41,877 bases of DNA, from assembly GCA_047629275.1 (NCBI GenBank), contig JBLHWR010000003.1:1-41877 (forward strand). The letters are read 5' to 3'. The notes beneath the pieces were generated by a model that saw only the letters and a list, made by a program, of their open reading frames with translations, ran no database searches and was not told the origin of the DNA. This DNA is from Gammaproteobacteria bacterium. GTDB lineage: Bacteria; Pseudomonadota; Gammaproteobacteria; GCA-001735895. The position numbers and the translations under genes are program-made. This document shows positions 10,564 to 20,814 of this stretch, in pieces; the first letter of the stretch is position 1, and the number at the start of each line of letters is the position of its first letter.

Positions 10564-11574
10564 ATGAAAAATAAAACTGGTGTACTACTCATAAATTTGG
10601 GCACTCCAGACAGTCCGTCCACGTCTGACGTAAGGTCTTATCTATTTCAATTCCTGAATGATCCGCGAGTGATAGATTTACCTTGGCTTTTGCGTAAGAT
10701 TTTAGTGAATCTTATTATAGTACCATTCCGAGCGCCCAAATCGGCCAAACTTTACCAACAGCTTTGGACTGAAAATGGATCACCGCTGCTTCATAACAGC
10801 AAAATAGTCAGCCAAATGCTAGACGATGCTCTGGGTGAGGATTACACAGTACACTTGGCGATGCGTTATAAAAACCCAGGCATTCCCGATGTGCTAGCCC
10901 AGATGAAAAAGCTCAATTACTCCCGTATCGTGGTATTGCCCATGTTCCCACAGTATGCCTCGGCTTCAACCGGCTCGGCGCTAGAAATGGTGATGAATGA
11001 GATTAGTAAATGGTGGGCAATTCCAGAACTTAAATTTATCAGCCAATACTATGACCACCCTGATTTAATTGATGCCATTATTGACCGTGCTAGCCAATAC
11101 AACTTAGGCGATTATGATCATGTGCTGTTTTCATATCACGGCCTGCCCACCCGCCATGTCGATAAAGTTTATGAAGAGGGCCTGTGTACAGATCGGGATT
11201 GTCACAATGAAATCACCGCAGAGAATCAGTATTGCTATAAAGCCAGTTGTTTTGCGACTACTCGACTATTGGCAGACAAACTCGGCTTAACTGAATCTGA
11301 TTACACCGTATGTTTTCAGTCCCGACTCGACAAAAATTGGTTAGAACCCTTTTCTGACAAAGTCGTAGAGTCATGGGCGAAGAAAGGTGCGAAAAAATTA
11401 CTTGTGTTCTCACCAGCCTTTACCTCGGATTGCCTCGAAACAGTGATCGAAATAGGCGATGAATATCAAGAGATTTTTATTGAGCATGGTGGCGAAAAAA
11501 TCCAGTTGGTTGAAAGTCTGAACGATCACCCTTTATGGGTTAGTTGTTTAAAAAAGCTGGTCCAGGCCACCTGA
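10564..11574 (+). CDS. hemH: Ferrochelatase
   Basis: GVLLINLGTP, GSPL, AMRY, PMFPQY, FSYHGLP, FQSR, DCLET..EI. Confidence 0.96.
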   Translation: MKNKTGVLLINLGTPDSPSTSDVRSYLFQFLNDPRVIDLPWLLRKILVNLIIVPFRAPKSAKLYQQLWTENGSPLLHNSKIVSQMLDDALGEDYTVHLAMRYKNPGIPDVLAQMKKLNYSRIVVLPMFPQYASASTGSALEMVMNEISKWWAIPELKFISQYYDHPDLIDAIIDRASQYNLGDYDHVLFSYHGLPTRHVDKVYEEGLCTDRDCHNEITAENQYCYKASCFATTRLLADKLGLTESDYTVCFQSRLDKNWLEPFSDKVVESWAKKGAKKLLVFSPAFTSDCLETVIEIGDEYQEIFIEHGGEKIQLVESLNDHPLWVSCLKKLVQAT

Positions 11575-11628
11575 TTAGGCTGCTACTGATTATAATTACA
11601 GCGTAATTACTACTTGAGGAATTTCTAA

Positions 11629-12027
11629 ATGACTGAACTGACGATATTTTATGATGGAGGCTGCCCACTCTGTGTCTCTGAAATGAAACATTTGTCGCGA
11701 CTCGACAAAGAGCAAAAAATCTCATTACAAGATATTCTCTCAGAGGGGTTTTCAGAACGATTTCCTCATATTGACCCTGTTCGTGCCGACCAAATGCTTC
11801 ATGGGCAGCTAGCGAATGGTGAAATGATTTATGCCTTAGACGTAACTTATACAGCATGGGCTCTAGTAGGTAAGCGTCATTGGGTTGCAGCGCTACGCTG
11901 GCCAGTGATTAAACCGGTCTCTCACTGGGTCTACTTGTTTTTTGCCAAGCACCGCTCACGGATATCTAAGTTATTAACTGGCAGTGTTCGTTGCGAAGTC
12001 TGCGAGATCAAACGTGAGAACAGATAA
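11629..12027 (+). CDS. DCC family thiol-disulfide oxidoreductase (DUF393)
   Basis: FYDGGCPLC (DxxCxxC), Y.FFAKHR..IS, C-terminal CEVC. Confidence 0.88.
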   Translation: MTELTIFYDGGCPLCVSEMKHLSRLDKEQKISLQDILSEGFSERFPHIDPVRADQMLHGQLANGEMIYALDVTYTAWALVGKRHWVAALRWPVIKPVSHWVYLFFAKHRSRISKLLTGSVRCEVCEIKRENR

Positions 12028-12048
12028 ATAAAGTTAGTATGTTACTGG

Positions 12049-12077
12049 CATCAGTATTAACATCAGTATTAACATCA
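12049..12077. repeat. 12-bp tandem repeat, ~2.4 copies
   Basis: CATCAGTATTAA-CATCAGTATTAA-CATCA. Confidence 0.85.
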
Positions 12078-12079
12078 TT

Positions 12080-12124
12080 TTTAGGATCAAATCCTGAAAC
12101 GTTTACTTAGGGCTTGATCCTAAA
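12080..12124. terminator. Inverted repeat, probable terminator between convergent DCC and ppiC
   Basis: TTTAGGATCAA ... TTGATCCTAAA 11-bp perfect arms with further inner pairing. Confidence 0.6.
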
Positions 12125-12133
12125 GTATCTTAG

Positions 12134-12415
12134 TTATTCGCTACGTGATGTAATTTCAATCAGATGATAGCCAAACTGCGTTTTAACGGGTCCATGAACC
12201 TCACCAACCGCATCGTTAAAAACGACGGTGTCGAATTCTGCAACCATTTGGCCTGGGCCGAAAGATCCCAAATCACCACCCTGCTTCCCAGAAGGACAGC
12301 TAGAATGTTCAGCTGCAATCGCAGTGAAATCTGCACCATTAATAATTTGGGTTTTTAAATCATTGCACTGATCTTCAGTTGAAACCAGTATGTGACGGGC
12401 GTTTGCTTGTGCCAT
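12134..12415 (-). CDS. ppiC: Parvulin peptidyl-prolyl isomerase
   Basis: 93 aa; ARHILV, HSSCPSGKQGGDLG.FGPGQMV.EFD, GPVKTQFGYHLI. Confidence 0.95.
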   Translation of the reverse strand: MAQANARHILVSTEDQCNDLKTQIINGADFTAIAAEHSSCPSGKQGGDLGSFGPGQMVAEFDTVVFNDAVGEVHGPVKTQFGYHLIEITSRSE

Positions 12416-12711
12416 TTTGTATCCCTAGTAGTTAATAAAATTGTTAGATTGTAAGGTGACTCGACTTGATATAGCCGACATGTTGATTGAATTTAGCCTA
12501 GATACAGCTTACTTTCAAGCATCAGGCTTTCTATTTCCTTTTACAACGAAGGCCTTGGAGGTTGAATCCACTATATTCACAACACATAAAATGTTTTTTC
12601 ACTTATCTGGGCGTTTGGACACAACAGATATTCCTGAGCTGAATTAGCTTCATGGACAATTTTTTGCCGTAAAACTCGGGCTAATAAACGTCATTTATAT
12701 ATGATTCGCTT

Positions 12712-14157
12712 TTAACCATCGGTGCCACCCACTGTAATCCCATCTATTTTCAAACTTGGCTGACCAACACCAACGGGCAATGACTGACCTTCTTTGCCAC
12801 AAACGCCAACACCCCGATCGAGTCCAAGGTCATTACCAACCATAGATATTTTACACATTACTTCAGGACCTGAACCGATAAGTGTTGCACCTTTGACGGC
12901 TGCTCCAATTTTTCCATTTTCAATCAAATAGGCTTCTGACAACGAAAATACAAAACGACCAGAAGTAATATCAACTTGTCCACCGCCAAAATTGACTGCA
13001 TATAGGCCTTTTTCGACTGAGCTGATAATATCCTCTGGGTCACTTTTGCCCGCTAACATATAGGTATTAGTCATGCGTGGCATTGGCAAATGGGCAAAGG
13101 ATTCACGCCGGCCGTTGGAAGTAGAGCTGACACCCATTAGTCGCGCATTCATCTTGTCTTGCATATAACCCTTGAGGACACCATTTTCAATTAAGGTGGT
13201 ACACTCTGCTGGAACACCTTCGTCATCAACACTGAGTGACCCGCGCCTGTTTTCCAGTGTGCCATCGTCAACTATAGTGCAAAGTGATGAAGCTACCTTT
13301 TCTCCAATTCGATTACTAAAAGCCGAGGTTCCTTTACGGTTAAAGTCACCTTCAAGTCCGTGCCCAACTGCTTCGTGAAGTAATACACCCGGCCAGCCTG
13401 GCCCTAACACTACAGGCATGCTGCCTGCCGGTGTTGCGACTGACTCTAGATTGACCGATGCCTGGCGCACCGCGTCTCTTGCAAATTCGTAAGCGACCTC
13501 AAGGTCAAAAAACTTATCATAACTATGTCTACCACCACCACCAGATGAGCCCTGTTCGCGCCGACCGTTATCTTGCAGTAATACAGTAACATTGAGACGA
13601 ACTAAAGGCCGTATATCAGCAGCTAAAGTATTGTCTGTTGCTGCAATGAGAATGTGCTCTATGCCGCCAGATAAAGAAATAATCACCTGTTCTATTCGAC
13701 TATCGAGTGATCGTGTATAAATATCGAGTTTTTTAAGTAATTCAACTTTATCGTCAGCATGGCGTCCATCAACTGGATTAGCACTCAGGTAGAGCTCATT
13801 AAAAGTATTCGAGTTTAATGCTACCTGTGTCTCTCGGTTTTGGCCATGGCTAGCAATAGCACGGGCGTTTTTAACGGCTTGCTCGATAGCGTTGAATTGT
13901 AAATCGTCGCAATACGCAAAACCTGTTTTTTCACCTGACATTGCCCGGATTCCAACACCCTTTTCTATATTGAATGAACCTTCGCGAATAATGCCACCGT
14001 CCATTACCCATGATTCTTGTTGGCTAGTTTGGAAATATAAATCGCCAGCATCGATATGCTGACTTTGTAAACCGTCAAGAAAACCATTGAGTTGATTAAT
14101 AGTTAAACCCGTTGGTTCGAGTATTTGGTTCGTTACCTGTTGAAGGATTGACGACAT
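12712..14157 (-). CDS. tldD: Metalloprotease TldD
   Basis: [47 protein letters not shown]. Confidence 0.96.
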   Translation of the reverse strand: MSSILQQVTNQILEPTGLTINQLNGFLDGLQSQHIDAGDLYFQTSQQESWVMDGGIIREGSFNIEKGVGIRAMSGEKTGFAYCDDLQFNAIEQAVKNARAIASHGQNRETQVALNSNTFNELYLSANPVDGRHADDKVELLKKLDIYTRSLDSRIEQVIISLSGGIEHILIAATDNTLAADIRPLVRLNVTVLLQDNGRREQGSSGGGGRHSYDKFFDLEVAYEFARDAVRQASVNLESVATPAGSMPVVLGPGWPGVLLHEAVGHGLEGDFNRKGTSAFSNRIGEKVASSLCTIVDDGTLENRRGSLSVDDEGVPAECTTLIENGVLKGYMQDKMNARLMGVSSTSNGRRESFAHLPMPRMTNTYMLAGKSDPEDIISSVEKGLYAVNFGGGQVDITSGRFVFSLSEAYLIENGKIGAAVKGATLIGSGPEVMCKISMVGNDLGLDRGVGVCGKEGQSLPVGVGQPSLKIDGITVGGTDG

Positions 14158-14183
14158 AGAATTGCCTCTTTGATGCCTAAATT

Positions 14184-14537
14184 TTATTTCAGTTCGTCGC
14201 GCTGACCGACAATCAATTTGATTTCATCTGCAGCCTGACTGCCAGCAACTAACAATAGATAGTCAGAGGGAATTCCTAAAGAAATTATCCAGTCTCGTAA
14301 CTCGGTCGCCCAAATCTCTCCACTATCCTCACCTGGGTAGCGGATCAATATAGCCGAATCAATCCCTTTCTCCCAGTAACTAATGGCTGAACGAACCACA
14401 CTAAACTGCGTAACCGCTTCACCTGAGCGCGGCTGCGCCCATTCGTCAGCACTTAGAGTGAATATGCGCAGAGTGTTCGCAAAAGATAACAGAGGTACGA
14501 GTAAGAGTAATATCAGTAGAGCGGTTCTATTTATCAT
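14184..14537 (-). CDS. Small exported hypothetical protein
   Basis: Signal peptide ending LLSFA; overlaps the yhdP 3' end by 11 nt. Confidence 0.7.
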   Translation of the reverse strand: MINRTALLILLLLVPLLSFANTLRIFTLSADEWAQPRSGEAVTQFSVVRSAISYWEKGIDSAILIRYPGEDSGEIWATELRDWIISLGIPSDYLLLVAGSQAADEIKLIVGQRDELK

Positions 14538-17500
14538 TCTTTATTGTATCCAGTTCAGTTTTAGATTTTTTGACTAAAACAATGTTGGGGTCTTCCCAAG
14601 TTCCGTTTATTGTATATTCTATTGTGACTGTTTTATCGATAGCCTTTTCAAATATTTTTTCAAAAAGCAATAGCCCCCAGCCTACAGCACCACCTGCAAT
14701 CAGACCTCCTAATACTGGCAAAGTTTGCCCGACGTTGGGGGTGATAAACATCTTCTGATCATAGGTTTTACTTTTCAACCCAGTTACACCTGTCACCAGT
14801 ACTTCAGCCGACGCGCTATCCATCTTTGTATCACTGGTGATTATTTTTTCACCATTAATGATGTAGTTGCCTGATATTTTATTGAACTCCAAGCCATTTC
14901 CCACTACATCACTAAAGCCAAGCAATAACCGCCTAGGTAGAGCGTTCAAGCTGAGCAACCCAATCAAACGTCCTGAGCCAGGCTCAACATCTTTTAAAAC
15001 TCCGTCTTTTAAAACAAAATTGGCATTACCAGTCAAACTGTCCCACTCAAAATTGAGTAAGCTATTTGGCCAAGTTAAGTGACTGTTGAATTCAATTTCC
15101 CCACCACCAATAGCATCCCCAAAGTCAAGATTAGCCATGGCTTGTCCAAACTCTGAACCTTTAAGCTCCAAATTTAAACTGGTTATATTTTTTTTGTTAG
15201 CTGGATCATATTCCCAGAGGCCCTTTCCGTTCAAAAAGACCTTATCACGTTGAAAATTAAATTTTTGAATAACGAGCTGATGATTATTCAGACGTGTTTC
15301 TATTTCTAGGTTATCAACCGTATGATCGTTGTAGGTCGCTACCTTACTAAAAACGTTTAGATTGTAAAAATCATTGGGCAGAAGAGTGGAATCAGTTGAA
15401 GGATCAGATGATTCTAAAGATTGAAATTTTATGTACTCGAGGTCGGCAATAATCGGGGTTTTTGGAGACTGCTTTTTAGGTATTGTAAGATGCCCAGTAA
15501 GAAGAGAAGATTTAATATCGACCCAGAACTCTGCAACTTCCTGAGTTAGGAAAAAATCAACGTCAGTGAATTGTCGACGCTCAATAACAACTGATTGAAG
15601 CTGTACATCTATAGATTGAATGAAATCCCATGAATTTTCACTCGAAGCCTTTTTATCACTAGTGTCGCGTTGACCCATTTCAGCCTGATACCACTCTAAC
15701 CAGTCATCAACTGGTAAGAGTGGTAACGTACCATATAGCCTAAAACCAGGCTTTGCATTATTTGGCTTAAGTGGTTTTGACAGGGCCAGATCCATCGACT
15801 TTAATTGGTATTTAGCACTACCTTCTATTGTTTCAAGGTCGCCTTTTAGCCTTATATCTGGCCCATGGCGGACATTAAAATCGATCATGTCATTGGCGTA
15901 AATAGCGACCTCTATCGCTGTCTTTCGTAGAGTCTCTGATGATTTAAATAACGGTATGGGTAGTTCAACTTTTGTATTCTTGAGGCTACTGAGTCCCTTA
16001 ATTTTTAATATAGGCTCATCGGCTTTAGTCTGTTTGTTATTGATAGCCAACTGGACTTGCCAATCACTTTTACCCGTCACGCTTTTTGACATGTATTCAG
16101 GTAATAAACTCATCATTTTTTGGGTGTCTAACAGACCCGCAGCCTGTATCAATGTTTTACTATTCTCTTGATCCGTATTGACGTTAATTGTTATTGGGTC
16201 ATTAAAGTAATGTGCCTTAATATCTTTGCCCAAAACTTCATCTTGAGTGACCAGCAAGTGGCCGTTTAACTGCTGCAATTCAATATCCCAGTCGGGTGCA
16301 TTGACGCCAGCATTTTTAAATTCCAGGCCAACATTCACTGTACTGTTTGAAGTTTTTGATGAGGTTAGGGCAATGTTGGTCTCAATCTGCACTTGCCCAC
16401 TGGCATTTTTAAAATGACTCCCAACGTTTCGGAAATTCTTCGAAGTTGGCATTGCTAACCAAGTTGATAATGCTTTATTAGTTTCAGCATTAGCATGAAG
16501 ATTTAAGTTGATTGTCAACATAGACAGATCAGCTATCGATACTTGCCCGTGCACATTATCAATCTGGTCAAAACTAGCACTTGATACATCGGCCAAAAAG
16601 CTAACGTTATCGAATGTAATCATGCTTTTGGCGTTACGCACTGTTGACCATTCGGGGTCAAACATTATGGCCGCGTTGTTTATCTGAAAATCAACATAGA
16701 GCCCACCTGACTTTTCATCCTCTAGTTCTCGAATACTCTTTAGTCGTCCGTGGTACAACAAATTGCCCTGTGAAATTTCAGCATATTCTATAGCATTGTC
16801 AATCCATGCAAGCGAACTGGCTGAGAGAAGCTTTATCGGTAGATATTTAGATTTGTTAGCCGCATTAGCCTTGTCAAAACTGGCCCTCAGATACATAAAC
16901 GGTGTATTCGTCTGATCAAAATCTAACAACAACCGACCTGCCAGACTAATATCGCTATTACTCACTTCGAATTGAGGAACAGCTATATGCAAACCATTCT
17001 TATTAAGACTAGCATTAGCCTCTAAGCTGTAGCTGTCTATTTCAATAGGTGCCCTAAACTTATCAGCAAAGTCTAACGTTAGTTGCTTGCCTGTCGATTT
17101 AAGCTTTAGGTTTTGATTGCCTATCAGCAATGATGCCGATACGTCATTAAACCCGGGTATTTCTGAAACAGGGCTAGTGGTTTGATTACTGGTTAGGTGA
17201 TTAGTCAGATGATGGAGTTGTGTCATTAATGATAAACTTTTGATATTAGTAGGGTCCACATCGAACCAAACATTATTCAGTTGACCTGATATATCGCTAG
17301 TCAATAATTTTTCTGCAACGGCATCAGGTAATATTTGATTATCGAGTGCAGCCAGTATCGATAGGTCGACACTTTTTATCCAACCTGACAGGTTTTTTTT
17401 GTCTCCAAGTTGGGGCAGATTTAGTTGGGTTTCAATTTTGGGGATTTTCTTGCCGTTCAGAACTAGTTGATCGAGATGACCAATGATTGACCAATCTTGC

Positions 17501-18423
17501 TTGAGCTTTTGAATACTGACTTGTGAATTAAAAGAGAACGGTAGTGAAGTGACAGCCCCCTCTACCTGTGGCTGTGCTTTGTCGACAGTAAAATCAGCTC
17601 GAAGAACGGGTGGCTTTTCAGCATCAAGATTTAACCATACATTGGCGTTGGTGAGTTTGGTAGGCTCCAGCATGACAATGTCAATATCAATCAGGTTGGC
17701 CAACTCAGAACTTAACTCGAGTTCGTTTAGCTCTGTGAATAACACGCCTTTCTGTTTGCTAAAAAGGCCTTGAACACTCAGCTCCCCGCCCAGACTATCT
17801 AGGTTTGTATTAAATTTTACCCGCACTACACCCTGATGACGTTGCATTTCAAATAGGCTGTTATTTATTTGATGCTGCTGTCCACTAAGAATGTCATCAA
17901 TGGTGAGATTCTCGATTTCTATCTTTATGACTTCCGGAGCTAGCCCAATAATTTCAAAAAAATCCGACCAAAGTTGATCTTTTTCAAAGGAATTAGCTTT
18001 ATTATCGGGGGGTATCAAGTCAATCAGTGAAATACCGTTTAGCCACCACTGTTTGTTTAAGTCTTTGCGGATCACCAATGATTCTGCCACTGCATTGACT
18101 TCGTCTATTACGGGTGTTTGAGCCAGCAGGCTTCTCCACAAACTAATTTTAAAACTAAGTGTCTCAACAACAATCGGTATTGTGGTATTTGGGGGTGTTA
18201 GTTTGACATGTTGTAAATGAATCAGTTGATCGAAATCACGCCACTCCAGTTCAATAGAACTAAAACTTAAATCTGGCAGTACAGATTGTCTCAATAAGTT
18301 TTCAATATCACTTTTGAAGTATTGGATGTGTGGAGCAGCTAACCTCAAAATACCAATCATCACTGCAGACACAATCAGCATCCAGTAGAGTATTTTAATA
18401 ATTGGACGGATCATTGGTTGCAT
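14527..18423 (-). CDS. yhdP: YhdP, AsmA-like phospholipid transport protein
   Basis: 1298 aa, N-terminal TM, beta-rich; GRLIGLLSL.ALPRRL.L.FSD and Y.I.GTWEDP; rng-yhdP-tldD synteny. Confidence 0.9.
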   Translation of the reverse strand: MQPMIRPIIKILYWMLIVSAVMIGILRLAAPHIQYFKSDIENLLRQSVLPDLSFSSIELEWRDFDQLIHLQHVKLTPPNTTIPIVVETLSFKISLWRSLLAQTPVIDEVNAVAESLVIRKDLNKQWWLNGISLIDLIPPDNKANSFEKDQLWSDFFEIIGLAPEVIKIEIENLTIDDILSGQQHQINNSLFEMQRHQGVVRVKFNTNLDSLGGELSVQGLFSKQKGVLFTELNELELSSELANLIDIDIVMLEPTKLTNANVWLNLDAEKPPVLRADFTVDKAQPQVEGAVTSLPFSFNSQVSIQKLKQDWSIIGHLDQLVLNGKKIPKIETQLNLPQLGDKKNLSGWIKSVDLSILAALDNQILPDAVAEKLLTSDISGQLNNVWFDVDPTNIKSLSLMTQLHHLTNHLTSNQTTSPVSEIPGFNDVSASLLIGNQNLKLKSTGKQLTLDFADKFRAPIEIDSYSLEANASLNKNGLHIAVPQFEVSNSDISLAGRLLLDFDQTNTPFMYLRASFDKANAANKSKYLPIKLLSASSLAWIDNAIEYAEISQGNLLYHGRLKSIRELEDEKSGGLYVDFQINNAAIMFDPEWSTVRNAKSMITFDNVSFLADVSSASFDQIDNVHGQVSIADLSMLTINLNLHANAETNKALSTWLAMPTSKNFRNVGSHFKNASGQVQIETNIALTSSKTSNSTVNVGLEFKNAGVNAPDWDIELQQLNGHLLVTQDEVLGKDIKAHYFNDPITINVNTDQENSKTLIQAAGLLDTQKMMSLLPEYMSKSVTGKSDWQVQLAINNKQTKADEPILKIKGLSSLKNTKVELPIPLFKSSETLRKTAIEVAIYANDMIDFNVRHGPDIRLKGDLETIEGSAKYQLKSMDLALSKPLKPNNAKPGFRLYGTLPLLPVDDWLEWYQAEMGQRDTSDKKASSENSWDFIQSIDVQLQSVVIERRQFTDVDFFLTQEVAEFWVDIKSSLLTGHLTIPKKQSPKTPIIADLEYIKFQSLESSDPSTDSTLLPNDFYNLNVFSKVATYNDHTVDNLEIETRLNNHQLVIQKFNFQRDKVFLNGKGLWEYDPANKKNITSLNLELKGSEFGQAMANLDFGDAIGGGEIEFNSHLTWPNSLLNFEWDSLTGNANFVLKDGVLKDVEPGSGRLIGLLSLNALPRRLLLGFSDVVGNGLEFNKISGNYIINGEKIITSDTKMDSASAEVLVTGVTGLKSKTYDQKMFITPNVGQTLPVLGGLIAGGAVGWGLLLFEKIFEKAIDKTVTIEYTINGTWEDPNIVLVKKSKTELDTIKNDK

Positions 18424-18478
18424 TATTACTAATATGAATTGTATTGGTTAGTGATTGTTGATCGTTATTGATTATGAA

Positions 18479-19948
18479 TTATACTGGCACGACATCATAG
18501 GTTTCCTGAGAAAAGTGACTCTCAACTTGGAGCTTAACGGGTATTTTCACAAAGGTTTCAAGTTCTGCCAGACTTGCCGCTTCTTCATCTAATAAACGGT
18601 CTATAACATCTTGATTGGCCATGACTAAAAGCTGTTGAGCCTCATCATAAATTCTAGCTTCACGTAGAATTTCTCGAAGTATTTCGTGACAAACCGTCTC
18701 TGTCGTCTTATGCGAGCCACGCCCGTGACAGGTTTGACAAGTTTCGCACAATACGTGCTCCAGACTTTCACGTGTGCGCTTTCGAGTCATTTCGACTAGA
18801 CCGAGTGGTGAAACATCGAATACCTGAGTTTTAGCGTGATCCTTGGCTAAGTATTTTTCGAGCGATTTCAATACTTGCCTTTGGTGATCCTCAGACTCCA
18901 TATCAATAAAGTCTATAATGATAATGCCGCCCAAGTTGCGTAGCCTAAGCTGTCTGGCTATTGCTTGAGAAGCTTCCATATTGGTTTTGAAAATAGTCTC
19001 TTCGAGATTATGATGCCCGACAAATGCACCGGTGTTAACGTCAACAGTGGTCATCGCTTCGGTTTGATCGATAATTAAATAACCACCCGACTTTAATCCT
19101 ACCTGTCGCCCCAAAGCCCGCTGAATTTCATCGTCGATGTTATGAAGATCAAACAGTGGGCGCTCACCAGGGTAATGCTCTATTTTTGCAGGTAGATCAG
19201 GAATATAACGTCCAGCAAACTTAATCATTTTTTGATAGGTTTCTCTTGAGTCAACCTTAACGGCACTGGTGTCTTTTCCCACCATGTCACGGAGAGTACG
19301 AATACATAATGGAAGATCTTCATGTACCAAAGTACCCGGTTTCACTGATCGAGCAGATTCAGAAATTTCATCCCAAAGTTTATTCAAAAAATTAATATCG
19401 CGGTGCAGTTCTTCTTCATCCACACCAACTGCGGCGGTGCGCACAATGCAACCACCCTTTCGGTTGTCATTTAAAAACTCACCCAACAAAGCTCTTAAGC
19501 GTTCACGCTCAGCTTCCTCTTCAATCTTCACAGAGATACCAATCATTGATGAGTTTGGCATGTAGACCAAGTATCGTGATGGCACTGAAATACTGGTCGT
19601 CAAACGTGCACCCTTGGTACCCATCGGATTCTTAACAACTTGTACCATTAAAGTCTGACCTTCACGTAATAATTCGTTGATTGCCGGTTGAGGTGTATCT
19701 GCATCCACCTCGGCCTTACTATGAATATCTGAGACATGCAAAAAACCAGCCTTATCTAGGCCAATATCAACAAACGCAGCTTCCATTCCTGGCAATACGC
19801 GATTGACCTTGCCATTATAAATATTACCAACAATGCCTCGGTTGCCTTCCCTCTCAATACACATTTCTTGCAAAACACCGTTTTCGACTATCGCAACACG
19901 GGTTTCTTGAGGCGTAATATTGATCAGTATTTCTTCACTAATGATCAT
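18479..19948 (-). CDS. rng: Ribonuclease G
   Basis: EILINITPQETRVA, S1 domain GNIY.GKV.RVLPGMEAAFVDIG, DVNTG, RLRNLGGIIIIDFIDM. ATG 19948 preferred over TTG 20011. Confidence 0.95.
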   Translation of the reverse strand: MIISEEILINITPQETRVAIVENGVLQEMCIEREGNRGIVGNIYNGKVNRVLPGMEAAFVDIGLDKAGFLHVSDIHSKAEVDADTPQPAINELLREGQTLMVQVVKNPMGTKGARLTTSISVPSRYLVYMPNSSMIGISVKIEEEAERERLRALLGEFLNDNRKGGCIVRTAAVGVDEEELHRDINFLNKLWDEISESARSVKPGTLVHEDLPLCIRTLRDMVGKDTSAVKVDSRETYQKMIKFAGRYIPDLPAKIEHYPGERPLFDLHNIDDEIQRALGRQVGLKSGGYLIIDQTEAMTTVDVNTGAFVGHHNLEETIFKTNMEASQAIARQLRLRNLGGIIIIDFIDMESEDHQRQVLKSLEKYLAKDHAKTQVFDVSPLGLVEMTRKRTRESLEHVLCETCQTCHGRGSHKTTETVCHEILREILREARIYDEAQQLLVMANQDVIDRLLDEEAASLAELETFVKIPVKLQVESHFSQETYDVVPV

Positions 19949-19964
19949 GCTTATTCTTCCATTC

Positions 19965-20534
19965 TTAAATAACCGTAATGCCGGCTTGTTGCAAAATCTT
20001 GGCTGTCTCAAATAAGGGCAAGCCCATGACAGATGAATAGCTTCCTTCTAACTTTTCAACAAAAATAGCGGCCTTGCCCTGAATTGCGTAAGCACCTGCT
20101 TTATCCAATGGCTCCTTGCTCGAACAATAAATGGCTATTTCAGTCTCTTCTATTACCCGAAAGCGAACCTGATTCACCGATAATGTGAGTTGAGTTTCGC
20201 CCTTAAAACGAAAGGCTAAACAAGTGAGCACTTGGTGCGTCCTGCCTGACAACTTTGATAGTATACATTTGCAGTGCGCAGAATTTTGCGGTTTGCCAAC
20301 AATCTCATCATCAATCGAGATAATGGTGTCTGCGGCTAGTATTGGAATACACTCTCCATCCATAGCATGGCTTGCGGCATTCACTTTGGCTTTAGCAACC
20401 CGATGCACATACTGTTCGGGTGTTTCTAACGCAAACGGAGCCTCGTCAACATCGACTGCGAGCACTTTAAATTCGACACCTATCTGGTGTAATAATTCAG
20501 CGCGACGTGGGGAACTGGAAGCAAGATATATCAT
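19965..20534 (-). CDS. maf: Maf/YhdE nucleotide pyrophosphatase
   Basis: LASSSPRR.ELL, ADT, GKP, EP.DKAGAYAIQG, GSYSSVMGLPL. Confidence 0.95.
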   Translation of the reverse strand: MIYLASSSPRRAELLHQIGVEFKVLAVDVDEAPFALETPEQYVHRVAKAKVNAASHAMDGECIPILAADTIISIDDEIVGKPQNSAHCKCILSKLSGRTHQVLTCLAFRFKGETQLTLSVNQVRFRVIEETEIAIYCSSKEPLDKAGAYAIQGKAAIFVEKLEGSYSSVMGLPLFETAKILQQAGITVI

Positions 20535-20814
20535 TAAACATATTATCGATCAATTAAGCTATAAAAGACAGATAACAACTGAAGAGCAACTCGAATAACA
20601 CACTTTTCGCTATGGCTGCCTCAGGCCAAGGCGGCAACTCTTTGTAGCTGCATTATCGAATAGCAAAAATAGCTAAATCTCGGGCACAGTTCCTTAAGAT
20701 GAAATTTTTTTACTTAGTGGTTTTTAGCAATTGCGCTTCTTCCTGCATCCATGCAGGGCTTTCTAATGTTAACAAAAACATTATTTTTAAGCCTAGCTTA
20801 ACAAGTAAATCGCT

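Noticed and set aside
12049-12077. Tandem repeat as a CRISPR array or iteron
   Set aside because: Only ~2.4 contiguous 12-bp copies, no spacers, and no cas or rep genes.
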